Source: a virus (taxonomy: Duplodnaviria; Caudoviricetes). From it: a DNA stretch of 38,261 nucleotides. Positions 17,913-28,180 of this stretch are shown here, in pieces; the first letter of the stretch is position 1; each line of letters opens with the position of its first letter. The DNA is taken from the IMG/VR virus record IMGVR_UViG_3300006043_000052, positions 1 through 38,261 of that record. One strand, 5' to 3'. A model generated the notes under the pieces. The model was not told the origin of the DNA and ran no database searches. It worked only from the letters and a program-made list of their open reading frames with translations. The translations under genes were made by a program, and so were the position numbers.

Positions 17913-17933
17913 CTGTACAGGTCCGCGTTACAA
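17913..17933 (+). promoter_or_regulatory. late-promoter activator site for the V operon
   Basis: CTGTAC-N9-TTACAA, a variant of TTGTAG-N9-CTACAA, centred 57 nt upstream of the V ATG. Confidence 0.7.
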
Positions 17934-17979
17934 GTACGCAAGGCTGCGGCCTCGCGCACGCAACGCCACTATCGGCGCC

Positions 17980-18552
17980 ATGAACGACTTCGCCGCCCTC
18001 TCCCGCATGCTCGAAAACCTCATCCGCTTCGGCGTAATCGCCGCCGTGCAGATGGAGCCCCCGCGCGTGCAGGTAAAAACCGGAAAGCTGACCACCACCT
18101 GGCTGCCGTGGCTCGCCCTGCGCGCCGGTGCTGACCAAGAGTGGGATCCACCCACCGAAGGCGAACAGGTGATTCTTTTCAGCCCATCCGGGCAGCTCGC
18201 CAACGGCATAGTAGTAACCGGCCTGTTCAGTGACCACATTCCCGCAAACGGTAACCGCACCGGCCTGCACCGTCGCACCTATGCCGACGGCGCGGTGATC
18301 GAGTACGACAGCGTCGCCCATCACCTGAATGCCACCCTACCCGACAGCGGCACCACCAGCCTGGTGAGCAAGGGCGGGATCAACATCATCGGCCCCATCA
18401 ATCACCAGGGCGATTACAACCAAACCGGCAACCAGAACGTGGTCGGCCTGGTGACCGTCTCCGAAGACGTGGTCGCGGCCACCATCAGCCTGGTCAAGCA
18501 CCTGCACGGCGGCGTGCTGGTGGGCAGCGCGAAGACGGGGAAACCAGAATGA
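17980..18552 (+). CDS. gpV: baseplate spike / assembly protein V
   Basis: NLIRFG, WLPWL..RAG, PT.GEQV and C-terminal HLH iron-binding motif. Confidence 0.94.
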   Translation: MNDFAALSRMLENLIRFGVIAAVQMEPPRVQVKTGKLTTTWLPWLALRAGADQEWDPPTEGEQVILFSPSGQLANGIVVTGLFSDHIPANGNRTGLHRRTYADGAVIEYDSVAHHLNATLPDSGTTSLVSKGGINIIGPINHQGDYNQTGNQNVVGLVTVSEDVVAATISLVKHLHGGVLVGSAKTGKPE

Positions 18553-18893
18553 ACCGCGAAACTGGCGCATCCATCAGCGACTTGGACCACATCGGCCAGA
18601 GCATCACGGACATCCTTACCACCCGCATCGGCACCCGTGTGATGCGCCGCGAATACGGCAGCCTGCTGCCCGACCTGGTCGACCATCCCTTCAATGACGC
18701 CACGCGCCTACGCGTTTACGCGGGCTCAGTCATGGCGTTGATGCGCTGGGAGACCCGTATCAGCCTCAGTCGCGTGCAGTTCCTCGGCGCGAACCTGCAA
18801 GGGCAGTCCGTGCTTGATCTGGAGGGCTCCGTCGTCGACACCAATGAACCCTTTAGCCTGAGCCTGCCACTGCAACTAGGGGGAAGCGTATGA
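18549..18893 (+). CDS. gpW: baseplate assembly protein W (gp25-like)
   Basis: HI.QSI.DILTT.IGTRVMRREYGS motif. Confidence 0.94.
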   Translation: MNRETGASISDLDHIGQSITDILTTRIGTRVMRREYGSLLPDLVDHPFNDATRLRVYAGSVMALMRWETRISLSRVQFLGANLQGQSVLDLEGSVVDTNEPFSLSLPLQLGGSV

Positions 18894-19801
18894 ATTCCTT
18901 TGCCGCGATTGACCTCAGCCAGCTCCCGGCGCCGCAGATCGTCGAGCAGATCGACTTCGAATTGATCCTGGCCGAGCGCAAGGCCTACATGATCAGTCTG
19001 TGGCCGATCGAGGAACAGGAGCAGATTGCAGCGCGCCTCGACATGGAATCGGAACCCCTGGCAAAGCTGCTGCAGGAGAACGCCTACCGCGAAACCATCT
19101 GGCGTCAGAGGGTGAATGAGGCGTCCATGGCGAACCTGCTGGCCTTTGCCAAAGGCCCCGACCTGGATCAACTGGCTGGCAATTTCAACGTACAGCGCCT
19201 GGTGGTTCAGGAAGCCAAGCCCATGGCAGTCCCGCCCCTCGCGCGGATTATGGAAAGCGACGACAGCTTGCGCGAACGGGCGCAAATGGCCTGGGAGGGC
19301 TTGAGCACCGCCGGCCCGCGCCAGAGCTACATATTCCACGCCCGAGGCGCTGACGGCCGTGTTGCCGATGCCACGGCCGAAAGCCCATCTCCCGCCGTGG
19401 CGGTTGTTACCGTGCAGGCGCTGCTAGGCGACGGCAGCGCGTCTGCCGACCTGGTCAACGTCGTCAAAAAACACCTGAGCGACGATGACCGCCGGCCCGT
19501 TGCCGACCGCCTCACCGTCCAGGGCGCGGAGATCATCCGCTACGCGGTTAAAGCCAAGCTCTACCTGCTGACCAGCGGCCCCGAGTCAGAGCCAATCCTT
19601 GCGGCAGCCGAACAGCGCCTGCTGGCATACGTCCACCAACGTCGACGCCTCGCAATGGAGGTGTCGGAATCTGCGCTGCACGCCGCGTTGTTCGTCGAAG
19701 GGGTTCGCAAAGTTGAGCTGGAAGACTGGGTCGATATCGTCGCCACCAAAGAACAGGCGCCCTACTGCACAGGTGTGACCATCACGCGGGGCGTTGAATA
19801 A
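18890..19801 (+). CDS. gpJ: baseplate assembly protein J
   Basis: IDLSQLPAP, AYRE, LSTAGP..SY.FHA and RPVADR motifs. Confidence 0.95.
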   Translation: MNSFAAIDLSQLPAPQIVEQIDFELILAERKAYMISLWPIEEQEQIAARLDMESEPLAKLLQENAYRETIWRQRVNEASMANLLAFAKGPDLDQLAGNFNVQRLVVQEAKPMAVPPLARIMESDDSLRERAQMAWEGLSTAGPRQSYIFHARGADGRVADATAESPSPAVAVVTVQALLGDGSASADLVNVVKKHLSDDDRRPVADRLTVQGAEIIRYAVKAKLYLLTSGPESEPILAAAEQRLLAYVHQRRRLAMEVSESALHAALFVEGVRKVELEDWVDIVATKEQAPYCTGVTITRGVE

Positions 19802-20418
19802 TGGGCGCCCAGCAGCTACTGCCGAACAACTCCACGTCGCTTGAGCGCCAGGCTGCTCAGGCCCTCGCGCACATTCAGCGCGTACCGATCCCGCTGAGAA
19901 CGCTCTGCAACCCGAACACCTGCCCGGTCGTGGCACTGCCCTACCTGGCCTGGGCCTTCTCCGTCGACCGCTGGGACAGCAACTGGACCGAAGCTACCAA
20001 GCGCGCAGCCATCCGATCATCCCGCTACATCCACGCGCACAAGGGCACCATCGGCGCCCTGCGCCGCGTGGTCGAGCCCCTGGGCTACCTGATTGAGGTG
20101 ATGGAATGGTGGCAGACCGTACCGGAAGGCGTGCCCGGCACCTTTGCGTTGAAGGTCGGAGTGCTGGACACCGGCATCACCGAAGAAATGTACCAGGAGC
20201 TTACCTGGCTGATTGATGACGCCAAGCCGCTCACCCGCCCACTGACCGGCCTGGCCATCAGCCTGGAAAGCACCGGCACCGTGTTCATCGGGGCCTGCGT
20301 GTACGAAGGCGACGAACTCAGCGTTTACCCACCGACCCAGCGCGATATCGACGTCAGCGGCGTGTACCGCATCGGTGGCCGCGAACACCATATCGACACG
20401 ATGGACATCTACTCATGA
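19801..20418 (+). CDS. gpI: tail protein I (baseplate wedge)
   Basis: LPYLAWAFSVDRWD and HKGTIGA motifs. Confidence 0.95.
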   Translation: MGAQQLLPNNSTSLERQAAQALAHIQRVPIPLRTLCNPNTCPVVALPYLAWAFSVDRWDSNWTEATKRAAIRSSRYIHAHKGTIGALRRVVEPLGYLIEVMEWWQTVPEGVPGTFALKVGVLDTGITEEMYQELTWLIDDAKPLTRPLTGLAISLESTGTVFIGACVYEGDELSVYPPTQRDIDVSGVYRIGGREHHIDTMDIYS

Positions 20419-22313
20419 CCGACCAAAACAGCCAGTTCTTCGCGATCCTCACCGCCGTCGGTGAAGCCAAGCAGGCGAACGCCGCAGCCCTCGGCACATC
20501 CTGGACGTTCGCCCAGATGGCCGTGGGTGATGCCAACGGCACCGACCCTATCCCCAGCCGCACCCAAACCAAACTGATCAACGAGCGCCGGCGTGCACCT
20601 TTGAACCAAGTGAAGGTTGACCCGGCCAATCCCAGCGTGATCATTGCCGAGCAGATTATCCCCGAGAGCGTCGGCGGCTGGTGGGTACGGGAGCTTGCGC
20701 TGTACGACGCGGACGGCGACATGGTCGCGGTCGCCAACTGCGCGCCCACGTTCAAGCCGCTGCTCAACCAGGGCTCTGGCCGGACGCAGGTGATTCGAAT
20801 CAACCTGATCGTCAGCAGCACGGCGAACATTGAGCTGAAGATCGACCCCAGCGTTGTCTTGGCGACTCGCGAATACGTCGACACCGTCATTGTTGAGGCA
20901 CTATCAAAGCTGGACTACAAGCACTCAGTGCTGGCGGCAACTACGGCAAATATCACGCTGAGCGGTATCCAGACCATCGACGGCGAGCTGTTGCCGGCCG
21001 GTGCCCGTGTCCTGGTGAAGGATCAGGCTCAAGCCAAGGAAAACGGTATCTACGTTGTCCCCGCAGCGGGCGCCTGGAAACGTGCGCAGGATGCTGACAC
21101 CAGCGTCGAGGTGACGCCTGGGCTGTTTGTCAGTGTTGAAAAGGGCACGGTCAACGGCGATAGCGTGTGGCAGCTGGTGACGGACGCTCCTATTGTCCTG
21201 GGCACTACTGCGCTGGCCTTCGAAATGGTCGCCGGACGCACGGGTGTCAGCGCGGGCGCATACACCAAGGTAACGGTCGACAAGTACGGCCGGGTGATTG
21301 CCGGTACCACCCCTACCACACTCGCGGGTCACGGGATTACCGACACTTACACCAAGGATGAAATCGCGGCGATGATCGCCCAGGCCTCGGCGTTGCCGGT
21401 GGGCTCGATGATCGGTTTCCCGTTAGACAAAGTCGCGCCAGGCTTTTTGGAGTTGGACGGCAGCGTCAAAAGCGCGGCGGCTTATCCAGACCTGGCCACG
21501 TTCTTGGGCGGTGCATTCAACAAGGGTGACGAGGGCGCCGGTAATTTCCGTTTGCCCGAGTCGCGCGGTGAGTTCCTGCGGGGCTGGGATCATGGGCGCG
21601 GTGTTGACGCAGGGCGAGCGATTGGTAGTTACCAGCTTGATGCTTTGCAGAACATCGTGGGCAACGTGGGCGGCGTGCGTAACGACTCGGCTTCGATTAC
21701 TCCGAGCGGACCGTTTACCGTTGTAAGCGAGGCGGGCAACTTTACAAACGGCGGCGCGCGTTTAACAAGTGTGGCGTTTGATGCTTCGAAAGTTGTTAGA
21801 ACCGCCTCTGAAACTCGCCCTCGCAACTTGGCGGTGATGTGGTGCATCAAGGCGTGGAACGCGCCAATCAATCAGGGAAACATTGATATCGCGGCGCTGC
21901 TGCCCCTTGCAGCTCAGGCAACGGAAATCAACCAGGGCACGGCAAAGGTGGCCACCCCCGCGCAAATGCTCGACAGCGCAAACGATGCAGTCATGGTTAC
22001 TCCTAAAAAGCTGCGCCTTGGCTTTCAGTTCTCACCGACACCCACCGGCTACATCGCTTTCCCGAGCTGGATGGGTGGTTTGATCATTCAGTGGGGAGTT
22101 ATTTCGATAGCTCAAGATTCCACAGCAGTTGCAACAATGTTGATCGCCTTTCCTACTGCAAACTTCTGGGAAGGTGTTACGGGGAGCGTTAACCGAATCA
22201 CAGGGAGTACAACTCAGTCAGCTACCAATGTGATCGCAAGAACGCTTCAAACAATCACGATTGCTAACGATGACGCTGCGCAAAGCGTCAGATGGCTCAC
22301 GGTGGGGTACTAG
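20415..22313 (+). CDS. gpH: tail fibre protein
   Basis: P2 H-like N-terminus (MAVGDANG, GGWWVRE, IDPSVVLATR), tail-collar domain (FRLPESRGEFLRGWD) and C-terminal GLIIQWG domain. Confidence 0.92.
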   Translation: MTDQNSQFFAILTAVGEAKQANAAALGTSWTFAQMAVGDANGTDPIPSRTQTKLINERRRAPLNQVKVDPANPSVIIAEQIIPESVGGWWVRELALYDADGDMVAVANCAPTFKPLLNQGSGRTQVIRINLIVSSTANIELKIDPSVVLATREYVDTVIVEALSKLDYKHSVLAATTANITLSGIQTIDGELLPAGARVLVKDQAQAKENGIYVVPAAGAWKRAQDADTSVEVTPGLFVSVEKGTVNGDSVWQLVTDAPIVLGTTALAFEMVAGRTGVSAGAYTKVTVDKYGRVIAGTTPTTLAGHGITDTYTKDEIAAMIAQASALPVGSMIGFPLDKVAPGFLELDGSVKSAAAYPDLATFLGGAFNKGDEGAGNFRLPESRGEFLRGWDHGRGVDAGRAIGSYQLDALQNIVGNVGGVRNDSASITPSGPFTVVSEAGNFTNGGARLTSVAFDASKVVRTASETRPRNLAVMWCIKAWNAPINQGNIDIAALLPLAAQATEINQGTAKVATPAQMLDSANDAVMVTPKKLRLGFQFSPTPTGYIAFPSWMGGLIIQWGVISIAQDSTAVATMLIAFPTANFWEGVTGSVNRITGSTTQSATNVIARTLQTITIANDDAAQSVRWLTVGY

Positions 22314-22316
22314 CGC

Positions 22317-22745
22317 ATGATCTTCTATAGCGCATCTACAGGCGGTTTTTATGATTCAGATCTGCATTCGGTTATTCCGGATGATCGAGTTCAAATTACC
22401 AAAGATGAACGCGCGGCGCTGATATCCGGGGAGTCTGAAGGCAAGGTAATTGTCGCTGGTGAAAATGGAATTCCTTGTCTTACAGAGCGTTTGCCAGCGA
22501 CCTCCGATGACTTGGCGAAGTTAGAGCGCAAATGGCGCGACGGCGAGTTGGCCTCAGTCCTTTGGTTGCGAGAACGGCACCGCGATCAGCAGGAAGTTGG
22601 CGGCGACACATCCTTGTCACCTGAACAATTCGCGGAACTGCTTGTGTACTTGCAGGAGCTGCGCGATTGGCCGCAAGCGTCAGAGTTTCCAGATAGCCTC
22701 TATCGGCCCGTGCCGCCCTCTTGGATCGCACAACAGGCTGAATAA
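22317..22745 (+). CDS. tail fibre assembly chaperone
   Basis: FYSAST.GFY, ER.WRD.EL and Y.Q.LRDWP..FP..RP..P.W motifs. Confidence 0.88.
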   Translation: MIFYSASTGGFYDSDLHSVIPDDRVQITKDERAALISGESEGKVIVAGENGIPCLTERLPATSDDLAKLERKWRDGELASVLWLRERHRDQQEVGGDTSLSPEQFAELLVYLQELRDWPQASEFPDSLYRPVPPSWIAQQAE

Positions 22746-22766
22746 CAACGATGAGGGTGACTTCGC

Positions 22767-22787
22767 TTGTAGCGTTGTCACCTACAA
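22767..22787 (+). promoter_or_regulatory. late-promoter activator site for the F operon
   Basis: Perfect TTGTAG-N9-CTACAA upstream of the sheath gene. Confidence 0.8.
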
Positions 22788-22863
22788 ACTCACCTGCTAG
22801 CCCATCTGTCGCGCGCGCGGCAGCCTGTGCACTGTCATTCCATCACAGCGCAGGCAACCACCC

Positions 22864-24039
22864 ATGGCCGGTTCAGACTATCTCCACGGCGTGCGGGTTC
22901 TCGAACTCAACGACGGCACCCGCCCCATTCGCACCATCGCAACCGCAGTCATTGGCCTGGTATGTACGGCTGAAGATGCGGACCCGCTTGCTTTCCCGCT
23001 GGACACCCCTGTCCTGCTGACCAATGTGCAAACCGCCATCGCCAAAGCCGGCGTCAAAGGCACCCTGGCGAAGAGCCTGCAGGCCATCGCCGACCAGACC
23101 AAGCCCTACACCATCGTGGTGCGGGTCAAGGAAGGCGCAGACGCAGCTGCTACCACCACCGCCCTGATCGGCACCACCACCGCTGACGGCAAATACACCG
23201 GCATGAAGGCCCTGCTAGCGGCCAAGGCCCGCGTGGGCATGACGCCACGCATTCTCGGTGTGCCAGGCCTCGACAGTCAGCCGGTGGCCACCGCACTGGT
23301 ATCGATCGCCAAAGACCTGCGCGCCTTCGCCTACGTCAGTGCGTGGGACTGCAAAACCAAGGAAGAGGTGGTCGCCTACCGCGAAAACTTCGGCGCCCGT
23401 GAAATCATGGTGATCTGGCCGGAGTTCCAGAACTGGGACACGGTCACCAACGCGACAGTCACCGCGTCGGCAGTAGCCCGTGCGCTGGGCTTGCGGGCGC
23501 TCATCGACAAAGACATCGGCTGGCACAAGACCATCTCCAACGTCGCGATCAACGGCGTGACCGGCATCAGCGCCGATGTGTTCTGGGACCTGCAAAACCC
23601 AGCCACTGACGCCAACTACCTCAACAGCAACGAGGTCACCACTCTAATCAATGAGGGTGGCTTCCGCTTCTGGGGCAGCCGTACGTGCAGCGACGATCCG
23701 CTGTTCGCGTTCGAAAACTACACCCGCACCGCGCAGATCATCGCCGACACCATGGCCGAGGCGCACATGTGGGCCATGGACAAGCCCATGCACGCCTCCC
23801 TGGTCAAAGACATCATCAACGGGATCAACGCCAAGTTCCGCGAACTGGTCAATCAGGGCTACCTGATCGGCGGCAGCTGCTGGTACCCAGAAGACGTCAA
23901 CGACAAGGACACCCTCAAGGCCGGCAAGCTGACCCTCGATTACGACTACACCCCCGTGCCGCCCCTGGAAGACCTCACATTGCGTCAGCGCATCACCGAC
24001 CGCTACCTGATGCAGTTCGCCGCCGCCGTCAATGCTTAA
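22864..24039 (+). CDS. gpFI: tail sheath protein
   Basis: YLHGVRV, PRILGVPG, GWHKTISN, GFRFWGSRT and YDYTPVPPLE motifs. Confidence 0.96.
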   Translation: MAGSDYLHGVRVLELNDGTRPIRTIATAVIGLVCTAEDADPLAFPLDTPVLLTNVQTAIAKAGVKGTLAKSLQAIADQTKPYTIVVRVKEGADAAATTTALIGTTTADGKYTGMKALLAAKARVGMTPRILGVPGLDSQPVATALVSIAKDLRAFAYVSAWDCKTKEEVVAYRENFGAREIMVIWPEFQNWDTVTNATVTASAVARALGLRALIDKDIGWHKTISNVAINGVTGISADVFWDLQNPATDANYLNSNEVTTLINEGGFRFWGSRTCSDDPLFAFENYTRTAQIIADTMAEAHMWAMDKPMHASLVKDIINGINAKFRELVNQGYLIGGSCWYPEDVNDKDTLKAGKLTLDYDYTPVPPLEDLTLRQRITDRYLMQFAAAVNA

Positions 24040-24046
24040 ACCGGGC

Positions 24047-24062
24047 CTCCCCGCAAGGGGAG
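24047..24062 (+). other. intercistronic GNRA hairpin between FI and FII
   Basis: CTCCCC-GCAA-GGGGAG. Confidence 0.45.
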
Positions 24063-24096
24063 TTAACCCTGTGCCATAACTCCGGAGATTCCCGCC

Positions 24097-24612
24097 ATGG
24101 CCATGCCTCACAAACTGAAAAACATGAACCTGTTCAACGACGGCGGCAGCTACCAAGGCAAAGTCAAAACCGTCACCCTGCCCTCTCTGGGCCGCAAGAT
24201 GGAAGCCTGGCGCGGCGCAGGCATGAATGGCCCGGTCAAGGCTGACTTGGGCATGTCCGACGACGGTATCCAGCTGGAATGGAAGCTGGGTGGCCTAGAT
24301 CTGATCGTGCTCAAGCAATTCGGCGCCGTCAACGCAGCGGGTGTTGCTCTGCGCTTCGCGGGTGCCTTCCAGCAGGACGACACCGGTGAAATCAGCGCCG
24401 TAGAGGTGACCGTTCGCGGCCGTCACGAAACCATTGAAATGGGTGACGCCACACCTGGTGAAGACACCGAGCACTCCATCACCACCACCTGCAGCTACTA
24501 CAAGCTGACCGTCGACAACGAAGACATCATCGAAATTGACCTGCTGAATTTCATCGAGAAGGTCGGCGGCGTCGACATGCTTGAGAAACAGCGCAGCGCC
24601 ATCGGCCTTTGA
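24097..24612 (+). CDS. gpFII: major tail tube protein
   Basis: P.KLK..NLF.DG, RGAGM.G and YYKL..EID..N..GVD motifs. Confidence 0.95.
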   Translation: MAMPHKLKNMNLFNDGGSYQGKVKTVTLPSLGRKMEAWRGAGMNGPVKADLGMSDDGIQLEWKLGGLDLIVLKQFGAVNAAGVALRFAGAFQQDDTGEISAVEVTVRGRHETIEMGDATPGEDTEHSITTTCSYYKLTVDNEDIIEIDLLNFIEKVGGVDMLEKQRSAIGL

Positions 24613-24659
24613 TCGCCGGCATCGATCGCTAACCGTCCCCCTTATCAGGAGCTTTACCC

Positions 24660-24995
24660 ATGAAAACCGCAGCTACCGAACAACCCGACGTGAAACCACT
24701 GGCCGACGACAACACCGTCATCCTCGACACGCCGATCCGCCGTGGTACCACCAGCATCGACAGCATCACCCTGCGTAAGCCCAACTCGGGCGAGCTGCGC
24801 GGCGTGAGCCTGGCAGATCTGCTGCAAATGGACGTCAACAGTTTGATCAAGGTGGTGCCTCGTATCAGCTCCCCTTCCCTCACGGCCATCGAAGTCACGT
24901 CGATGGACCCGGCCGACCTGGTCGCGCTCAGCACGAAGATCACCGGTTTTTTGCTACAGAAATCGGCGAAGACGGATGCATCCCTCGTTGCGTAG
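24660..24995 (+). CDS. gpE: tail assembly chaperone E
   Basis: LDTPI.RG, LRKP.SG.LRG and PRIS.P.LT motifs. Confidence 0.92.
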   Translation: MKTAATEQPDVKPLADDNTVILDTPIRRGTTSIDSITLRKPNSGELRGVSLADLLQMDVNSLIKVVPRISSPSLTAIEVTSMDPADLVALSTKITGFLLQKSAKTDASLVA

Positions 24996-25123
24996 AAGAA
25001 GCAATGGCCGACCTGGCCGTGGTTTTTCACTGGGCGCCGGCTGACATGGATCAGTTGGCCCTGCAAGAGCTGATGGACTGGCGCGAGCGTGCCAGGGTGC
25101 GGAGTTCCAACGATGGCAAATGA
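24947..25123 (+). CDS. gpE': E' extension reached by -1 programmed frameshift at TTTTTTG (24947-24953)
   Basis: P2-type T6G slippery site; the -1 frame is open through MADLAVVFHWAP..EL.DWRERA to TGA at 25123. Confidence 0.88.
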   Translation, partial: FFATEIGEDGCIPRCVEEAMADLAVVFHWAPADMDQLALQELMDWRERARVRSSNDGK

Positions 25124-27734
25124 CCTGCGGCTACAGGTGGTGCTGGACGCCATCGACAAAGCCACACGCCCGTTAAAGCAAATCAACAATGGCAGCCTGG
25201 AGACAGCCCGTGCGCTCAAGGCTGCACGCGACCGCCTGAAAGAACTCAACACCCAGCAGAAAGACGTCAGCGCCTGGCGAACTCAACGCGCCGCCTCTGA
25301 ACTGACCAGCGCCGCCCTCACCGCCGCCCGCGAAAAAGTCAAAGACCTAAGCCAGCAATTTGCCGCCACCGGCGCGCCGACCAGGGCCATGACGCGGGAG
25401 TTTCAGGCGGCGGTACGCGAAGCCACAAAGCTCAAGCAGCAGCACCAGCAACAAAGCGTGCAGTTGCAGGGCCTGCGGTCAAAACTCTACGACGCAGGCA
25501 TCAGCACCAAAAACCTGGGCACCCACGAACGCCAGCTGCGCCAGCAGATGAGCGCTGCCAACGCCAGTATCAGCGAACAAACCAAACGCCTCACGGCGCT
25601 GAGCGCCCGCCAGAAGCGCATGGCAGAGACCCGTGGCGCCTACGACAATGGTAAACAGTTTGCGGGCAACGCGGCGGTGGCCGGCGGCTCGAGCCTGGGC
25701 GTGGCATACGCCGCCAGCCGCCCGATCATCGGAGTGGTCAAGGAATACGTCGATTTCGAAAGCGCCATGATGGGTGTCGCCAAGCAGGTCGACGGAGCAC
25801 GGGACAACAACGGCAAGCTCACCGCGACCTACTACGAGTTTGCTGACGCGATCAAAGCGGCCAGTAACGAAATGCCCATCGCCACCACCGAGTTCGCCGC
25901 CCTGGTAGAAGCTCAGGCACGGGCCGGTATCCAGGGTAAGGAAAACCTACTGACCATGGCGAAGGTGTCGGCCACCGCTGCTGTGGCCTTCGACCTGCCG
26001 GCGGAACAGGTCGGTGAGGACATGGGCCGTATCGCCGGCCTATACAAGGTGCCGATCAAGAACATCTCCGCACTGGGTGACGCGCTCAACTACTTGGACG
26101 ACAACACCCGGTCCAAGGGCGGCGAAATCATTGAAACGCTGACCCGCATGAGCGACGTGGCCGACAAGCTCGACTACCGCAAGGCGGCGGCGCTGGGCAG
26201 TACCTTTCTGTCCCTCGGCTCTGCACCAGAAGTGGCCGCGAGCGCTTCCAGGGCTATGGTTCGCGAACTGTCCATCGCCACCATGCAGAGCAAGAAGTTT
26301 CAGGAAGGCATGGCCATGGTTGGCCTTGACTCAAAAGCCGTCCAAAGCGGCATGAGCAAGGACGCCATGGGCACGTTGATGGGTGTCCTGAACCGCATCA
26401 AGAAACTGTCGCCTGAGCAGCAGACAGAGGTGTCGACGCGGATTTTCGGCAAAGAGTTCGGCAAGGACGCTGGCAAGCTGGTCAACAACCTGGACGAGCT
26501 TAAACGCCAGCTCGACCTGGTCAATGACGCAGCCGCCAATGGCTCTATGCAGCGCGAAATGGATATCCGCGCCGACGCGATCGAAGGTCGCTGGCAGGTG
26601 CTGCAAAACAAGTTGTTCAACACCAAAAGCGGCGCGGGTGAATCGGTGCGGGCCACGATGGTCGACGTCATGGACGCCATCGGCGGCGTGCTGGACAAGG
26701 TGAATGGATGGGTCAAAGCCAACCCCGCGTTGACCGCGACCCTATTTAAGATCGTAGCCAGTGTAGTGGTGTTGTCAGCTGCTTTCGGCGGGCTCGCCTT
26801 AACACTCGCCGGTATCCTGGGACCGTTCCTGTTCCTGCGGTTCGGCCTGGCTATGTTCGGCCTACGCCTGCCCGGCGTGATCGGTATTTTCAAGGTATTC
26901 GGCACGGTGCTGCGAACGCTGGGCGGCATTCTGATCGGCCCGCTTGTGACTGCGCTTCGCACCGTCGGCATCGCGTTATGGGGCCTATCGGCCAACCCGA
27001 TTGTCCTGGTCATTGCCGCCGTTGTCGCCGCACTGGCGGGTGGTGCCTACCTGATCTACAAGAACTGGGACGCGGTGAAGAACTACTTCGCCAATGCCTG
27101 GACAGAAATCAAAGCGGGTTTCGACGGCGGGATTGGCGGCATCATCACCACTTTGGTCAACTTCAGCCCGCTCGGCCTGCTGTACCAGGCATTTGCCGGA
27201 GTGCTGAGCTACTTGGGTATTGAGCTGCCCAGCCGGTTTACTGAGTTCGGCGGAATGATCGTCAACGGCTTGGTCAACGGACTTACGGCTGGGCTCGGCG
27301 CGGTCAAAAACGCCATCAGCTCGGTCGGCGACTCCAGCATTGGATGGTTCAAGGAAAAGCTCGGCATCCACAGCCCTTCGCGCGTGTTCGCGGAGCTGGG
27401 CGGGTTCACCATGGCCGGTCTGACGCAGGGCCTGGAAGGTGGGCAAAAAGGGCCGCTAGACGCCCTGACCACAATGGGCAAGCAGATGACAGCGGCGGGC
27501 ACCCTGGCGCTGGGGGCAACCGCTATGCCAGCGTTTGCCGTGGACACCAAGGCGCCGATCAGCGCCGCGCCGCCGGCAGTGGTTTACGACAGCCACGACA
27601 CCTACGAATTTAACTTCCCCGTAGGCCCCGGCACGGACATGCAAAGCCTTGAGAAGACACTGCGCGCCTTGATTGCCCGCATCGAAAACGAAAAGAAAGC
27701 GCGTCAGCGCAGCAAACTCTCCGATCTGGAATAA
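25113..27734 (+). CDS. gpT: tail tape measure protein
   Basis: Long Ala-rich helical protein with FESAM..V.K core and LGIHSPSRVF motif; likely start MANDLRL. Confidence 0.94.
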   Translation: MANDLRLQVVLDAIDKATRPLKQINNGSLETARALKAARDRLKELNTQQKDVSAWRTQRAASELTSAALTAAREKVKDLSQQFAATGAPTRAMTREFQAAVREATKLKQQHQQQSVQLQGLRSKLYDAGISTKNLGTHERQLRQQMSAANASISEQTKRLTALSARQKRMAETRGAYDNGKQFAGNAAVAGGSSLGVAYAASRPIIGVVKEYVDFESAMMGVAKQVDGARDNNGKLTATYYEFADAIKAASNEMPIATTEFAALVEAQARAGIQGKENLLTMAKVSATAAVAFDLPAEQVGEDMGRIAGLYKVPIKNISALGDALNYLDDNTRSKGGEIIETLTRMSDVADKLDYRKAAALGSTFLSLGSAPEVAASASRAMVRELSIATMQSKKFQEGMAMVGLDSKAVQSGMSKDAMGTLMGVLNRIKKLSPEQQTEVSTRIFGKEFGKDAGKLVNNLDELKRQLDLVNDAAANGSMQREMDIRADAIEGRWQVLQNKLFNTKSGAGESVRATMVDVMDAIGGVLDKVNGWVKANPALTATLFKIVASVVVLSAAFGGLALTLAGILGPFLFLRFGLAMFGLRLPGVIGIFKVFGTVLRTLGGILIGPLVTALRTVGIALWGLSANPIVLVIAAVVAALAGGAYLIYKNWDAVKNYFANAWTEIKAGFDGGIGGIITTLVNFSPLGLLYQAFAGVLSYLGIELPSRFTEFGGMIVNGLVNGLTAGLGAVKNAISSVGDSSIGWFKEKLGIHSPSRVFAELGGFTMAGLTQGLEGGQKGPLDALTTMGKQMTAAGTLALGATAMPAFAVDTKAPISAAPPAVVYDSHDTYEFNFPVGPGTDMQSLEKTLRALIARIENEKKARQRSKLSDLE

Positions 27735-27739
27735 CCACC

Positions 27740-28180
27740 ATGATGATGGCCCTCGGCATGTTCGTGTTCAGCCTCCACACCGCCGCTTATCAGGAGCTGC
27801 AACGCCAAACCGATTGGCGCCACGCCAGCAACAACCGCATCGGCGCCGCCCCTGCGCGGCAATTCGTTGGCCGTGGCGAAGACGCCATCACACTCCCCGG
27901 AATCCTTTTCCCCGAACTGGCCGGCACAGCCCTCAGCCTCGACTCGCTACGCCTGATGGCAAACACCGGCAAGGCCTGGCCCATGGTCGAGGGCACAGGG
28001 CGGATCTACGGCCTGTGGGTGATCGAAAGCCTCAGCGAAACCAGGACCATATTTTTCCCCGACGGTACGGCACGGCGCATTGAATTCACCCTGAGCCTTA
28101 AGCGTACCGACGATGACCGTATCGACCTGCTCGGCGCCGGCACCAGCATCGGCGTCAACATCCTGCGGGGCCTACTGTGA
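27740..28180 (+). CDS. gpU: tail protein U
   Basis: MMALGMFVF, QFVG.G...ITL.G and IEFTLSL motifs. Confidence 0.94.
   Translation: MMMALGMFVFSLHTAAYQELQRQTDWRHASNNRIGAAPARQFVGRGEDAITLPGILFPELAGTALSLDSLRLMANTGKAWPMVEGTGRIYGLWVIESLSETRTIFFPDGTARRIEFTLSLKRTDDDRIDLLGAGTSIGVNILRGLL

Noticed and set aside
20415..22745. Tail-fibre inversion or diversity-generating retroelement
   Set aside because: No invertase, reverse transcriptase, second fibre tip or template/variable repeat pair was seen.
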